Positions 1 to 14,698 of a stretch of DNA of 64,000 bases are shown here, one piece after another. The stretch is from the NCBI GenBank assembly GCA_964016885.1, contig OZ024741.1, positions 204,228,001-204,292,000 of the forward strand, given 5' to 3'. The notes beneath the pieces were generated by a model that had not been told where the DNA came from, did no database searches, and saw nothing but the letters and a program-made list of their open reading frames with translations. How positions within the stretch are numbered: the stretch's first letter is position 1; each line of letters begins with the position of its first letter. Source of the stretch: Eledone cirrhosa (taxonomy: Eukaryota). The translations under genes were made by a program, and so were the position numbers.

Positions 1-256
1 AATTGACCCTTTGAGATACAGGTTCATCTCTTTATCTTGGTTTTGGTTTTTTTCATTGTTGTTGTTTTTGTTGTTATTTACAAGGCGAGTGGACAGGAGT
101 AAATCTCTCTTTAACGGAACATAATATTCGGGAATGTAATCCAACATATAACTTTTAAAAAGGCGTAATGGTCACGGATGGAATGACTTTGATCATAGTT
201 ATGTTCGATTAAGACTAGCCAATAACAACAATAAATAAGAAACATGTGTGTATGAC

Positions 257-258
<2 letters not shown>

Positions 259-314
<56 letters not shown>

Positions 315-372
315 AGAGAGAGAGAGGGAGAGAGAGAGAGAGAGGGAGAGAGAGGGAGAGAGAGAGAGAGAG
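259..372. repeat. (GA)n microsatellite
   Basis: Direct dinucleotide run; one of dozens of (TA)n/(CA)n/(GA)n arrays in the window. Confidence 0.95.
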
Positions 373-650
373 AGTCTATGTTGATAGCTTCTGGAATAAA
401 GAAGATGAACCGAAGATGTAGGATTTTCTATTAGAATATAGATATAAAATCATATTTGAAAAGGAACCACAGAAATAAGCACGTGACGTTGTCCCTTCAG
501 AAAGATGGCGTTATTTCTTATTTTGGGTAGATGGCGCTTTTATTAACAGATAGTCATTACTCGTTTTCTTGTTTCTGGGGGGGGGGGGTTGTGTGCGTGA
601 GTTTGTTTTTAATATTTCACTAACAGCAGTTCCTACTACACCGAGAGTCT

Positions 651-720
<70 letters not shown>

Positions 721-724
721 GTAC

Positions 725-772
<48 letters not shown>

Positions 773-1047
773 ATATATATATATATATATACAATACATA
801 TATATATATATATAGATAGATAGATATAGATATATCAGAGAGATCCACACAATGATCGCGTCTCGAGCTGTCCGCCGGCGAAACAATCGTAACACAATAA
901 ATTGAGTTCAGATGCGTCACTGATTTTTCGTTTTCTATTCTATCATACTCTGCTCTGTAAGAGCATAGAGTGCTCAACCGGCATACCGCCTATGGAAGCA
1001 TCTTAGCTACCATCAGACACACACACACACACACACACACACATACT

Positions 1048-1144
<97 letters not shown>

Positions 1145-1329
1145 GTGTGTGTGTGTGTGTGTGTGTGTGTTTGGCTCTGAACTAGCCACCTTAATAGTCC
1201 ATAAAGGAGGAGGAACTCAATATTCATAAGAGAGTAGATATTATTGGTAGACTTCATAGGTTTAGCGAACACTCGCTTTGCTGAAACATGGTAGTGATGC
1301 TGCAAGAGAGTGAAAAAATCAATCAAGTT

Positions 1330-1437
<108 letters not shown>

Positions 1438-1455
1438 TGCGTGTGTGTGTGTGTG

Positions 1456-1670
1456 TAATAAGTAGGAGAACGAGGTGTCAAAGTATCTTCATTAAGTTTA
1501 TTCGGATGTGAACGTCTTTAAGGAATCCTCGAGTTTGATGAACTATCGATTCCAGAGTCGGACCCGATCGATACGGATCGTACCTAGAGCTGATCAATCA
1601 CGAAACGCGCGTCCCACCTGAGTAAACTTAATATTGATACTTTGATGACATCTCGTTCGTACTCATTATA
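1456..1670. mobile_element. Small element with imperfect terminal inverted arms, probable PLE pLTR remnant
   Basis: 1456-1503 is the imperfect reverse complement of 1617-1670. Interior has GAAAC-GCGC-GTC (hammerhead 3' half with palindromic stem III). Flanked by (TG)n/(TA)n. Confidence 0.45.
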
Positions 1671-1697
1671 TATATAATGAGTACAAACGATGAGACG

Positions 1698-1868
1698 GGC
1701 GGTGAATTGGCAGTATCGGTAGAGGGTCTGACGTCATGCTTTCTAGCAAAGAGTTACGGCCCTTTATGATCTGAGTTCAAATCCCGCCGAGGTTAACTTT
1801 GTTTTCATCCTTACGGGATCGATAAAATAAAGTACCAGTAATACGCTAGGATAATTGTTGGCCTTGTG
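1698..1868 (+). mobile_element. tRNA-derived SINE
   Basis: A-box-like TGGCAGTATCGGTAG, B-box GAGTTCAAATCCC, body ...GAGGTTAACTTTG..TTCATCCTT..GATAAAATAAAGTACCAGT. Recurs at ~30576, ~37158, ~61158 and inverted elsewhere. Confidence 0.85.
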
Positions 1869-2071
1869 AGAGAGAAAACAAGAGAAAGAGAAAGAGAAAA
1901 CATGAGAAAGAGAGAGAGTCTGTGGTGCTGTGACCGAGGAGGCGATTAATCATGGGAGTACTCGATGCATGGGGATATGCAGAGTGGGTATAGAGATATG
2001 TAAAGTCCCAACCGCGGCGTAAAATGGTTTCGGCTTGGCGCCGTGGTCGGAATTTTACATCTTTCTCTCTC

Positions 2072-2153
<82 letters not shown>

Positions 2154-2554
2154 TGTATATAAAACCTTTACTACTAACAGGCCTTGTATGTTAGATTTAT
2201 AAAATATCTTACAGTAACTCATGGAAGGGTCATGGTGTTTGGGAGTGTTATTGTTGTTTAAATTCATAGAATCATCGTGTTTTATAATGATGTGTTGTCT
2301 TACAATTTATAAAACTAAATCTGAGGCAGTTTCATTTTTGGGTTTTATTATTTTTATTGAAATATCAACACCGAAATCACTCACTTCGACGGAAAGACGG
2401 AAATGGGTGGTTTATCGTTTTTTTTTTCCGTCTTTTTTTTGTTTTGTTTTTGTTGTTTTATTTTTAAATATTTACAGATTGACCTTCTCAGTACCTCTTC
2501 AACTACCAGCCTACTTAACCATTGTATTTATCAATACATCTTCACCAGTGTGTA

Positions 2555-2587
<33 letters not shown>

Positions 2588-3684
2588 TGTATATATGTAT
2601 ATAGTAAAATATGTCTATTTTCCGTCTATCTTTTCCCCCTAACTCATTGTATTCATCAGTTCATCTTTATCAATGAGTATTATAAACGTATTTTGTATGT
2701 ATATGAGTATACACACGCACACACACACATATACACACATATATACTTATATACAATCATATATATATATATTCTATCTATATTCCCTCATTTAAACCAA
2801 TATATTTCTATTTCACAATGCATATTTACCAGTGTGTGGATACGCATTTTGTATGTGTGTATATATTTATACTATATCTATTTTCTGTCTGTTGTCTATA
2901 TCCTCCATCTTAAACCAATGACCAATATTTCCTATCCCCTTCCACCACCACCCACCCCCACTTTTATTTTAGTTTGCAAGCAGACGACTACATTACATGT
3001 CGTTGCTCTGCATAGCTGTACAAACAGTATGTTACATACAACATTGTAGTATTGTACAACACTTGGGCGCAGCATCACGTCTCTCTCCTAACACGGTAAA
3101 AATCAGCAGTACAAATAGTGTTGCCCGCCATCTTAAATAATACCTTCCCGCTTTACTGACTACTATTGGCTCTGCAACGACATGTTGTCGTCTGCACAGT
3201 ACTTTGTTAGAAATATCGTTGACATCACACGGTGGTTCATTCAAAGCGTCATTCTTGAAGACTGTCACATAGCTATTATGATGACGAAGAATATTTTTAA
3301 CTTGCCATCATTCTCATCTTTTACATTAAATTTGTTTGTCTTCTTTCGACTCCAAAATAGTTATCCAAGATGGAGTTCCATTAAACAAAGAAATTAAAAG
3401 ACAGGAATTTTGCATGAGCCAAGGGAATTTCATTGTTGGTGATGGTGGTGTGTGGTCGTGGTGGTGGTGGTTATAGCAGTGTGTGGTGGTGATGTAGGTG
3501 GGTGAAAGTTTTGGTGTTGGTGTATAGGGGATGGAAGATGATATGGTTGTTGTTGGTGGTGGTGGTGGTGGTGGTGGTTGCGGTGGTGGTGGTGGTGGTA
3601 GTGGTGGTGGTGGTTGAGGTGGCTTTGGTGGTGATGCTGCTGCTGCTGCTGTATGTGCTGGTTGAGATGACATTTCTATGTATG

Positions 3685-3690
3685 CTAGTA

Positions 3691-3760
<70 letters not shown>

Positions 3761-3979
3761 GGAGTATCGTCAGCGGTATATAAGATGGGGCATTGTTGTT
3801 GCGGGGAAGAGGGTACAGGTGTTGTTAGTGTACAGGTATTAGAGGGAGTGTTGTTGGGGGTACAAGTGTTGTTGGGGGTGAAGGTACAAGTGTTTTGCGG
3901 GGAGTACACATATTGTGTGGAAGGTACAACTGTTGTGGAGGGCACAGGTGTTGGCAACGGCGTAGTGTTGATAGCAACG

Positions 3980-4051
<72 letters not shown>
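3685..4051. repeat. Two (TAG)n arrays within GGT/GTT-rich low-complexity DNA
   Basis: Direct trinucleotide runs at ~3685-3760 and ~3980-4051. Confidence 0.9.
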
Positions 4052-4205
4052 TGCCATTTCTTACCGAATTTTGACGCTTGGCGTTCCTTTTCTACACCCT
4101 TACCCACCCCAAACTGTATTTTCTTCGTTATTCATGTTTAATACAACCACCCTTATCGACACTATTGGAAAATAATTATTTCCATTTTCCTTAAACACCT
4201 CATCA

Positions 4206-4672
4206 TATTTATCTACCCTAGCCTTTTGCCACCCGTGGTTGTCCTTAACCAATCAACCATGTTTATCTACCCTAGCCTTTTGCCACCAGCCACCCGTGGT
4301 TGTCCTTAACCAATCAACCATGTTTATCTACCCTAGCCTTTTTGCCACCAACTACCCGTGATTGTCCTTAACCAATCAACCATGTTTATCTACCCTAGCC
4401 TTTTGCCACCAGCCACCCGTGGTTCCTTAACCAATCAACCATGTTTATCTACCCTAGCCTTTTTGCCACCAGCCACCCGTGGGTTGTCCTTAACCAATCA
4501 GCCGTATTTATCTACCCTAGCATTTTGCCACAGGCCTCCCGTGGTTGTCCTTAACCAATCAACCATGTTTATCTACCCTAGCCTTTTTGCCACCAGCCAC
4601 CCGTGGGTTGTCCTTAACCAATCAGCCGTATTTATCTACCCTAGCCTTTTGCCACCACCCACCTGTGGTTTT
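4206..4672. repeat. Minisatellite, ~60-bp unit, about 8 copies
   Basis: Unit TTTATCTACCCTAGCCTTTTGCCACCAGCCACCCGTGGTTGTCCTTAACCAATCAACCATG repeated head-to-tail. Confidence 0.95.
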
Positions 4673-4882
4673 CCTTTACCATCCTACCATATTTACCTAT
4701 CCCATATTTTCGAATCAGTTCGTTTGCTTTCGCCTTCGAATGTCTCATCTCATTAATACTTCACTTATATAAATATCTAATGCATAAAAAACCCAGTGTA
4801 AACAGTTGTCTATTTGATGTATACATAAATTGTGTTCATACATACATACATACATACATACATACATACATACATACATACA

Positions 4883-4913
<31 letters not shown>

Positions 4914-5124
4914 GATAGATAGATAGTCAGATAGATGTATTTAAGTATGTATATTTCTCTGTGTGTGTATAGACATATATATTATATAAAGTATAGTTAC
5001 ATAAATATACACACACACACACATAAATATATATATATATATACAGAGAGAGAGAGAAAGAGAGAGACGGATTGAGAGATATCGATGTACATATACACAT
5101 ATATTATAATATATATACACATAT

Positions 5125-5166
<42 letters not shown>

Positions 5167-5572
5167 CACTACCGTATATTTTGGTGGATTTATCTATATC
5201 TATATATATATATATATGCGTATGTATTTGTGCATCCAACAATTGCGTATGTATGTGGCTATGTGTATTTAAATATCTGTAAATGCACGTTCTTAGCAAA
5301 ATGATGTATTTTAAAAAATTGTTTGAAATCATCTTTCATTATTCATAATCATAATCACAAAATATATCTTTCATTTTTAAAACATAAAAAAAAGATTTCT
5401 GTTTCTTGTTTGTTTTTCTGACCATAAAAAGATTAAAAAAAAAAAAAAAAAGCAAGAAATGAACAAAGAAATATAGTTTGGTTTAAAATGTTTGTTTCTT
5501 TTCTGAATTTGTTTAAATATATATATATATACACATACATAAACACACCCATATATATATACACAAATAACC

Positions 5573-5669
<97 letters not shown>

Positions 5670-5724
5670 TTATATATATACATATATATACATATATATA
5701 TATACACATATATATATATATATA

Positions 5725-5769
<45 letters not shown>

Positions 5770-5964
5770 TATACATATTCATTTATTACGGCTGAGTGGT
5801 GAGCCTTGTTACTCAGACAAGAGTTTTGGTGATCCTGTGAGTGCGCAAGTGAATCTCCAGAATAACAGGGCTCACCATTTAGCCATAAGAAATGAATATT
5901 TAAACTTTACTTTGGTATTGAGTACTCATTCTCACGCCCGTCAATAATACACGGATATACATAC

Positions 5965-6079
<115 letters not shown>

Positions 6080-6404
6080 TATACGTATATTTATACATGT
6101 ACACACACTCACATACACACACATATATATATATGTATATATATATATATGGAATTTATAGAATTTATAGAATTTATATACAGTCCGAACCTAGGTGGTT
6201 TTTGAAAGAGTAGAGAAGACATTTTTTCCTGTTTCCAATTGACAAGAATTATAGTTGACCATTTCCCTATGGTGAAATCTCTGTTGGTCTTCCTCCTTCT
6301 GCTAGAATCAATGGCAGAATTATTGGCATTCTCCCCATAACGTTGGCTGCTTGTAGAACCTCTTTAAATTACACACAAATCATTGCTCACAACATAGCTC
6401 CCTG

Positions 6405-6453
<49 letters not shown>

Positions 6454-6600
6454 AAAATGACTTCTCCTAGACTGGTGTTATTTCATTTGCTTGAAATAAT
6501 CAGGAATGACCTGATGACTTCAAAAGAACGAAATAGTTCTTGACCTGTAGAAGCCATTTCTATATGAAATGTATATACACCTTCTCTACTAATGTAGTGA

Positions 6601-6653
<53 letters not shown>

Positions 6654-7375
6654 GAAAGTGTATGTGTGTTTGTGTGTGTGTGTTTGTCCCTGCAGTAATG
6701 CAATGCAGAGACTATTTATCGTTGTGATTACTGCGACCAATATGGAAGAAACTGTTTCATCGCTTTAATTTACAACCACCACCGTCTTATACAATACGCA
6801 TACAGCTTTCACTCTTGTACACACACACACATTGTTTTCTCTTGTATACATGCACATTCACACTGGTACATACACAAACACTCACATTGGTGGTGGTACG
6901 TACCTAGGTGTGTGTGTCTGTGTGTGAAAGGTGGATGGTGAATGTATATATGGTGAACGTCTATATAGTGAGTGTATATATGATAAGTCTATATATGTAT
7001 GCCACAGTTTGTTCTTGCCACATCACTTTACTCCAAAAATTAAAATAATAGTAAAACGAAAAGAAGGAGGAAGGAAAGGTCAATAGGTCAATTCTTACGT
7101 TTCTTTTTTTTTCTTTTTTCTTTTTTGGTATATTTTTAAAACTTTTGTTTTATTGTTTTTTTTTTCCAATAGTTCACTATTGTCCGCTGTGTCCATCTCA
7201 TAGAGACTTAAATTCCATAGAAAATAAAGACGTTGCTTTCGGCATCATCAACGGAAGTTACCATTTTTTTACAAACATTTTCTTTTTAATTTCATTGGTG
7301 CTTCAGGTTTTTTTAGTCATAGAGACTAATTAATTACTGTTGAAATTTAATCACGAAGGAATGTATCATAAATGG

Positions 7376-7445
<70 letters not shown>

Positions 7446-8275
7446 ATATGGATATATATATATCATATATATATCATAGAGTGGAGGTGTATTTCTCGTT
7501 TGGCTATGAATCGTACAAATCTTAATGTCTTTCTTCAGCTGTGGTCGTCATTGCCTGTATCATAGTTATGTGTATTGTGAATGGTTCATAGCTATGTCTT
7601 GAAATCAGATTTTGAATATGTGTATTGTAACTACATGTTTTCCAATTACTGTTGTATGTGGATAAATCATAGCTATGATCTCAAGCTTTGTTTGCTGTCA
7701 TTCTATTTAATATGATCGGTTGCAACTGGTCGTAAATTTGTTTGTAAATGTTATGTCATAGAAGATGTGTGCGTATGTTGGACCTATGTTTCACAGAGAT
7801 TTCTGTGTCTATGTTGTTCAATTATTGTGAACAACATACACTGGATGTCCAGGTTCGGTTATGAACGTTGTCTGTCACCCGTTTCCAGCCCATTTTTTTC
7901 TTTCTGTTTTTTGTATAGTTGCAAGAACAAATGTCCTGCTATATATATATATTTGTATATATAAAATTGACACCAATACAAGTAATCCTCGTACGTAGTC
8001 ACCCGTACATTTCTATTATGATGATATTTTGATTTTTTTCTTGCTTTTGTTTAAGTTAGATCTTTCAAATATAATTGGTCCTAACTGGTCTCTTATAATA
8101 GTTTTTTGGGTTTTGTTTGTTTGTTTTATCATAAATTTATTTTCCACATTTAATTGTTTCCACGTTCCAATAAATTTTATTAGATATGTCCCTTGTATCG
8201 CATGTCTGATAACAATGTTTCTTCTTTTTTTATTTAATCTATATTTCGTTCATTTCTTAGAAATTAATATTTTAC

Positions 8276-9139
8276 TCATATACACGGACTGAATGCCTTC
8301 AGTTCAGTAAACACTTCTGTGAAATAACTCGGGTCGCTGTTCAAGCGCAACATCTCTCTGCTTAATTTATTAACGATTAACAAACAGCGGTCCCAGAATT
8401 TGTCTTTATCGTCTTCTACAAGGAATGGTTTCAGTGGATAACTAATCTCGCTACCCATGTAAGAGTAAGAGAGATATAAACATGTTAATACCACTGCTTG
8501 AAGGTGGTGTTCCCGGTCAATATCGCTTTGGACAAGTTCTCGAACGAGCATGTAGACAAATACAACGTTAGCAGGGTTTATAAATCCGATGTCTTGCCAG
8601 CCTTGCATCAACAAGGATTTGTCGACTGTACGTAACCAAACTATTGCTTCGTTGCCTTCAAAGTTCTTCAATCGTCGACAGCGTCTTCGCAAGAATTCTC
8701 CAAGACACTTCAATAATTCCGAAGTCGAAGCTTGGATAACTGTCTTTTTCGGACTGGCAAGTTTTTCCAAGCGTTTAGTAACTTGGTTTATACGTTGTTG
8801 GTGTGATTCTTCGGCTTCCGATTTAAGGTTGTAGCATGATATAGATTTTTGAATGTTTTTGTTAATATTTACATTCTCTAGATTAAAATTGTTGTCGATC
8901 TTCGCCGGAATAAAAGTATTGTTTGTGAAACGAACAAAATTGTTTTTCTCTTTTTTCTTAGTGCTGGCAGTAAATCGTTTCCAGCTAAGGCCACTCAAAA
9001 ATATCGAATGACGCTTAAAATTTTTGTCCCGTGCTTGATTTTTAACATTGTTGAGGATTTCATAATTAAAATTGTTCAGATTGATATCCTCATAAAGAGG
9101 TTTCCTCGGTCGCGGCGAGAATGACAGTACGGTACCCAT
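8276..9139 (-). CDS. CDK5R1: Cyclin-dependent kinase 5 activator 1 (p35) homolog, single coding exon, 287 aa
   Basis: N-terminal MGTVLSFSP myristoylation motif and KRHSIFL..LSWKRF. C-terminal CDK5-activator domain: [83 protein letters not shown]. Intact ORF. Confidence 0.97.
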   Translation of the reverse strand: MGTVLSFSPRPRKPLYEDINLNNFNYEILNNVKNQARDKNFKRHSIFLSGLSWKRFTASTKKKEKNNFVRFTNNTFIPAKIDNNFNLENVNINKNIQKSISCYNLKSEAEESHQQRINQVTKRLEKLASPKKTVIQASTSELLKCLGEFLRRRCRRLKNFEGNEAIVWLRTVDKSLLMQGWQDIGFINPANVVFVYMLVRELVQSDIDREHHLQAVVLTCLYLSYSYMGSEISYPLKPFLVEDDKDKFWDRCLLIVNKLSREMLRLNSDPSYFTEVFTELKAFSPCI

Positions 9140-9644
9140 TTCGAACTGTGTTGGTCAGGTGAATAATAATCCCACTTGAAAAATTAAAATGAATTCAATT
9201 AAAAACTGGGTTTAAAAAATTAGTTTGATTAGTCGATAAATACATATTAAGAGAACATATTACATTACAAGATTACATTTATATAAGAAGATATTTTATA
9301 AGTATTTTTATAGAATCATATATAGCTGCATGTATGTAGATTAGGAAAATATCATATACTATAGCAATGCAAAATCGATCATGTTATGACTTATAACGTA
9401 ATAATGTCCATTTTATCTACAAAATGTATTTAGCTTACTTTACTATTTACATATATATATGTATTAGTTCAATGATGTATATTTAATTATTTATTGCGTT
9501 CAGTGATGTATAATTGATATAACATTATATTCATATCTTAATTAAGGTTTTCTTTTCCTTTTTTTAAATGAAGCATTTCTCTTACAAGTTCTCAGATAAG
9601 TGAAAATATTTAACATCGAAGATAATCACTCTCTCTCTCTCTCC

Positions 9645-9723
<79 letters not shown>

Positions 9724-9792
9724 AATTGCTCAGATAATTGAAAATATTTAGCATCGGAGACAATCATTCCTTCTCTTTCGCACAAACGTATA

Positions 9793-9845
<53 letters not shown>

Positions 9846-10117
9846 TCACTTATGCAGACATATACAAACACAGACACACACACACACATTCACTCACGCA
9901 CACGTATACAAACACAGACACACATTCACACACATTCACACACGCACACGTATACACATACGTACGTACGCACACTCACACACATGATAATACTACAATA
10001 ACGATGGAAGATGGAAAATGAAAATAAAAATGGAGATGCTGAAGATGTTGATGTGTTTGGTGGTGATGCTGGTGCGATGGAGGACAACGACGATGGTGTT
10101 GATAATTGTTTCTATGT

Positions 10118-10560
10118 TGGCACAAGGCCAGCAATTTGAAGTTGAGGGGAAAAGTCGATTAAATCAACCCCAGTACATGACTGGTACTTTATTTTATCAA
10201 CCCCAGAAGGAGGAAAGACAAAGTTGACCTCAGCGGGATGTGAAATAATAATAATGTTGTTTTTTTAATTACAGTACAGGGCCAGTAAATTCTTTTTTAG
10301 GGGGGATAAAGTCGATTATCTCGACCCCAGTATATGACTGGTACTTTATTTTATCGATCTTGGAAGGATGAAAGGCAAAGTTGACCTCGACGAGATTATT
10401 AATAATAATAACAACAACAATAATAATAATGGTGATGATATAGGCACAAGACCAGCAATTTTGGGAGGAGGGGAAGTCGATTAAATCGATCCCAGTGCAT
10501 TACTGGGTTTTTATTTTATCGACCTCGTAAGGATGAAAGGCAAAGCTAACCTAGGCGAGA
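10118..10560 (-). mobile_element. Three tandem truncated copies of the tRNA-SINE 3' part separated by (TAA)n
   Basis: Repeats of GGCACAAGGCCAGCAATT..GTCGATTAAATC.ACCCCAGT..ACTGGTACTTTATTTTATC..GGATGAAAGGCAAAGTTGACCTC, the reverse complement of the SINE at 1698. Confidence 0.8.
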
Positions 10561-10574
10561 TAATAATAATAATA

Positions 10575-10842
10575 AAGTGAGAACTGAAAAAGATCTGGGA
10601 CTATCATGAGATCAATGTCGTCCCCATCGTCTTAGAAGCACTAGGTACTATCTCGAAGAGTTTCCAAGGCTGGTTAAAGAACATTAGCCCAGCCCCCTTT
10701 TTTGTAACACTCTAAAAGGCAGACCTACGGGTAACAGCAAGTAGCCTCTTATACGTCCTGAATATCTGAAGCTGCAGGTAACAGCTTGATGTTCATCAGG
10801 GCAAATATTCTGGTTAAATAACATCAATGACTGAGATATCAT
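10575..10842 (+). mobile_element. 3' fragment of Dong/R4-type RLE non-LTR retrotransposon in (TAA)n
   Basis: Reads ELKKIWDYHEINVVPIVLEALGTISK, the C-terminal RLE motif. (TAA)n on both sides, the established Dong target. Confidence 0.65.
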
Positions 10843-11144
10843 AGTAATAATGATAATAACAATAATAATAATAATGAATAAGGATGGTGATTGGGATGGT
10901 ATAGTATAGAGTGTTGGTAAAATGTAAAAAATAGGTGAAGAATACAAACCTTAATATTAAACAGCTCCTTCACAGAACCATATTTCCGTGTCTAAGTAGT
11001 AATAATTCCTTATAGATTCACGTCAGCCACCAAGCTTTTCGTCGCCCGAATAATATGGACGATTCTCTTATTATTATTATTGATTCGTTTATTTAGTATC
11101 TTTTTTTTTTTAAATCTTTAATCCATTCTCATCGATAAATGATG

Positions 11145-11176
<32 letters not shown>

Positions 11177-11709
11177 AAATATCAGTGGAAATCCATTAAA
11201 AGAAAAGATATATAGATATAAATATTAGGGGTTACCTTCGTAATGTGTTTATATTAACATAGTGAATGAAGAGATGACATCATCGCCATGCCTGCTTCAT
11301 CTTGTATCTCAACTGTCGCTCACTGTCTGTCACACAGTCACACAGTCACACAGTCTCACTGCCTCTCTATCTCTCTATCTCTCTATACCTCTGTCTCAAT
11401 GTATCAATGTGTCTCCTCCTCAGATGCTCTGTCAGATCTATGGAGAAGACGCCACCACCGCCACCAATAGCAGCAGCAGTAGCAGCAGTAGCAGCAGTAG
11501 CAGCACCAGCGACACTATCAGCAGTTGCAGCAGCAGCAGCAGCAGCAGTAGACTCATGAACCAACGACAGGGAGTAGTAGTAAGAGGCGGCCAACTACTG
11601 CTATTGAAGTGAGTGAGGTGGTAGCAGCCCCACACCTTCAACATCAATCGACCACCACTGAATCGATCAGTTTCCATTACCTCATCAGCCAGCATCCTCT
11701 CTTTCAGTT

Positions 11710-12350
11710 TCACTCCACCACTTCGCCACCAGAAACACCACTCCACCACTTCGCCACCAGAAACACCACTCCACCACTCCACCACCACTCCACCACTTCG
11801 CCACCAGAAACACCACTCCACCACTCCACCACCACTCCACCACTTCGCCACCAGAAACACAACACCACCACTCCACCACTTCGCCACCAGAAACACCACT
11901 CCACCACTCCACCACTTCGCCACCAGAAACACCACTCCACCACTCCACCACCACTCCACCACTTCGCCACCAGAAACACCACTCCACCACCACTCCACCA
12001 CTTCGCCACCAGAAACACAACACCACCACTCAACCACTTCGCCACCAGAAACACCACTCCACCACAACACTGCCACTCCGTAACACCACTCGACCACTCC
12101 ACTACTCCACTACCACACCACCACTCCGTAACACCACTCCACTACCACACCACCATTCCACCACTCCACTACCACACCACCACTCCGTAATACCACTCCG
12201 TAACACCACTCCGCCACTACTAGACTACCACTAAAATACTCCGACACGCCACCACAACACTGCCACTCCGTAACACCAGCACAACACTAGAACCAACACT
12301 CCAGCACTACACCACCACACCACTACAACCACCAATACCACCAACAACAA
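11710..12350. repeat. C/A-rich minisatellite (CCACTTCGCCACCAGAAACACCACT variants)
   Basis: Tandem variable units decaying into CCACT/CCA low complexity. Confidence 0.9.
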
Positions 12351-13467
12351 CACCATCAATTCTTTATCTATCTATCTCTCTTTCTTTATCTCCACCTCTA
12401 TCACTATCTGTCTATCCATTTCCTGACCTTCTCCCCCTCTCCTCCTTACTCTCTATCTCTCTCTCTCTCTCACTATCTCTATCTATTTATCAATCTATCA
12501 ATCTGTCTCTCTTTCCAGCTCCCTCTCACTGTATTATCTCTCCCCCACACCCTCTCCCTCTCTTTTCCTGTCTCTCCCCTTTACTCTCTATTATATTCTC
12601 TTTTCTCTCTCTCTCTCTCTCTTTCTCTATCCTTCTACATCTCTACTAATATAACCAACCACCCAACTCACCCCACCACCAACCATCAATCCACCCTTAC
12701 ACCCATCTACCCATCCAAACATCTACCCCAAAATCCATCCGTCTAAACATCTAGCCATCCATCACTCAACCCACCCTTACACCCAACCTATCATTAATCC
12801 CGCCAGCTACCCATCCAGCTAATTAAGCCACCCTCACACTCATCCACCCGTCCATTCAAGCATCCATCCATCCGCCCACCCACCTATCATCCGACCATCT
12901 ACCCAACCAAACATCTACCCACCCATCCACCTATCCCTTCAACCATCTTACCATCCAACATTCCATCTCTCCAACCATCAACCCATTCATACACCCAGTC
13001 ACTCCCCCTCCCTCAGCCATCCACTCAACCATTCACCCAGGAAATTCCTGTCTTTCTCTCTTCATTCTATTCTTATTATCTGGTCGAAAAGTCCCTAAAT
13101 ATTCTCCTTTCAGAGTGTTCCCACCCAGGCAAACGTACCTGTTTTATTTACAGCGATTGTCTGTTTGTTACAGATAATTTCGATGAGTACCTTGTTTTTC
13201 TTCCCATTCTATTGTCTCATTTGACAAAAGACTTATTCTACATATTCGTTTCTTGTTTTGTCTGACCTCCATTAGCTAGAGCCATATATACTACAGATGC
13301 AGTTGCAGATTATTATCCCACCGTATGTATCGAAACCGGGTAATTGCGTAACATACAGCCGGTGGTTGAAAGGGCGAGCAATGTTTACCGTCTGTTTATG
13401 TCATTTATATGTTTTCGACGTGGTTCTCATTTTGCTATTTTTGAACGAAAACACACGCAGATTTGAT

Positions 13468-13511
<44 letters not shown>

Positions 13512-13512
13512 A

Positions 13513-14688
13513 TCAAATTGGAATCTGAGCAAAGTTCAAGTAGCTTCAGACCAGTTTGTCTGAAGAAAGTTTTGAAAATCGTCAAATTGGAATCTGAGTA
13601 CTTTCTTCAGACAAACTTAAATACAAAATTACATGGGCTTATCTGAGCCCATGTAATTTTGTATTTAAGTTTATATATATATATATGTATGTATGTATAT
13701 ATGTATATTTATATATGGGCGTGCATATGTGCGTGCGTGTGTCTGTTCGTGAGTGTGCGTGTGTGCGCGTGTGTGTGTGTATATGTGTGCGTGTGTTTGT
13801 GTGTGTGCTTGTTTGTGTATATAAGTATATATATATATGTGTAAGACGGCTGAGCTCTTGCCGTTTCAACAACTAGTTCCAGCTCACAAAAACAAGATGG
13901 TTTAGGACAGAACTAAGGGGAGACACAAAATAACAAAATAGTCACTGAGGAGGTCACAGAATATGACGAAAGAGCTTTGACAGCAAATAAACAACCATCC
14001 GGTTATTAAACCAACCTACTGGAAATTTGTAATAAATTGAAGTGAAAACAAACAGGTGAGTGTGTTTTTATTGGCAGCATGACCCTCCCAAATTATAACA
14101 ATATCTGTTTCAACACAGATAAGAAATCTTACAAAACAATACAAAAACGAAGTATACATATGTATTCTTTATATATTTTCTCAGTAGCAGGTCAAGTTGA
14201 GGGATTCTCACTGAGGATCTTTTCATAGGGTGTCTTCTTTTCAGTAACTGGTTGATAATAGAATCATTATCAAACTAAGTACCTCTGCTCCTGTGGAATA
14301 AACTTGGTCTTTAACATTTTTTCCCATGTCCCATTCAGCTCTACACTGTCAAGCCGTTCGGATAATGTTTGACAAATACTAAACAATATGATTCGGAATC
14401 TTGACCCCACCTTTTACAAATATGAAATTTAAACTTTCTTCGCGCCAGCTTGTGATCCGCGTCACATTCCGCACTACACATCACACGTACATTATACACC
14501 AGTAAAATCACGTTTACAGATGATGATAAAATTAATTGTGCTTATGCTTTAATCTCAGATAAGCCCATGTAATTTTGTATTTAAGTTTGTCTGAAGAAAG
14601 TGCTCAGATTCCAATTTGACGATTTTCAAAACTTTCTTCAGACAAACTGGTCTGAAGCTACTTGAACTTTGCTCAGATTCCAATTTGA
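13513..14688. mobile_element. Insertion bounded by 135-bp inverted repeats (PLE-like fold-back structure)
   Basis: 13513-13647 is the near-perfect reverse complement of 14554-14688. There is also a 27-bp-stem hairpin at ~13614-13672. Confidence 0.7.
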
Positions 14689-14698
14689 CGATTTTCAA

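Noticed and set aside
1698-1790. Possible tRNA gene
   Set aside because: A and B boxes are present but there is no cloverleaf; it is a SINE head repeated across the window.
4206-4672. Regularly spaced repeats resembling a CRISPR array (also 28961-29390, 57155-57550, 59775-59972)
   Set aside because: Units are contiguous with no unique spacers, there are no cas genes, and the context is eukaryotic.
11438-12190. 193-219 aa ORFs on both strands
   Set aside because: They arise from a stop-poor minisatellite.
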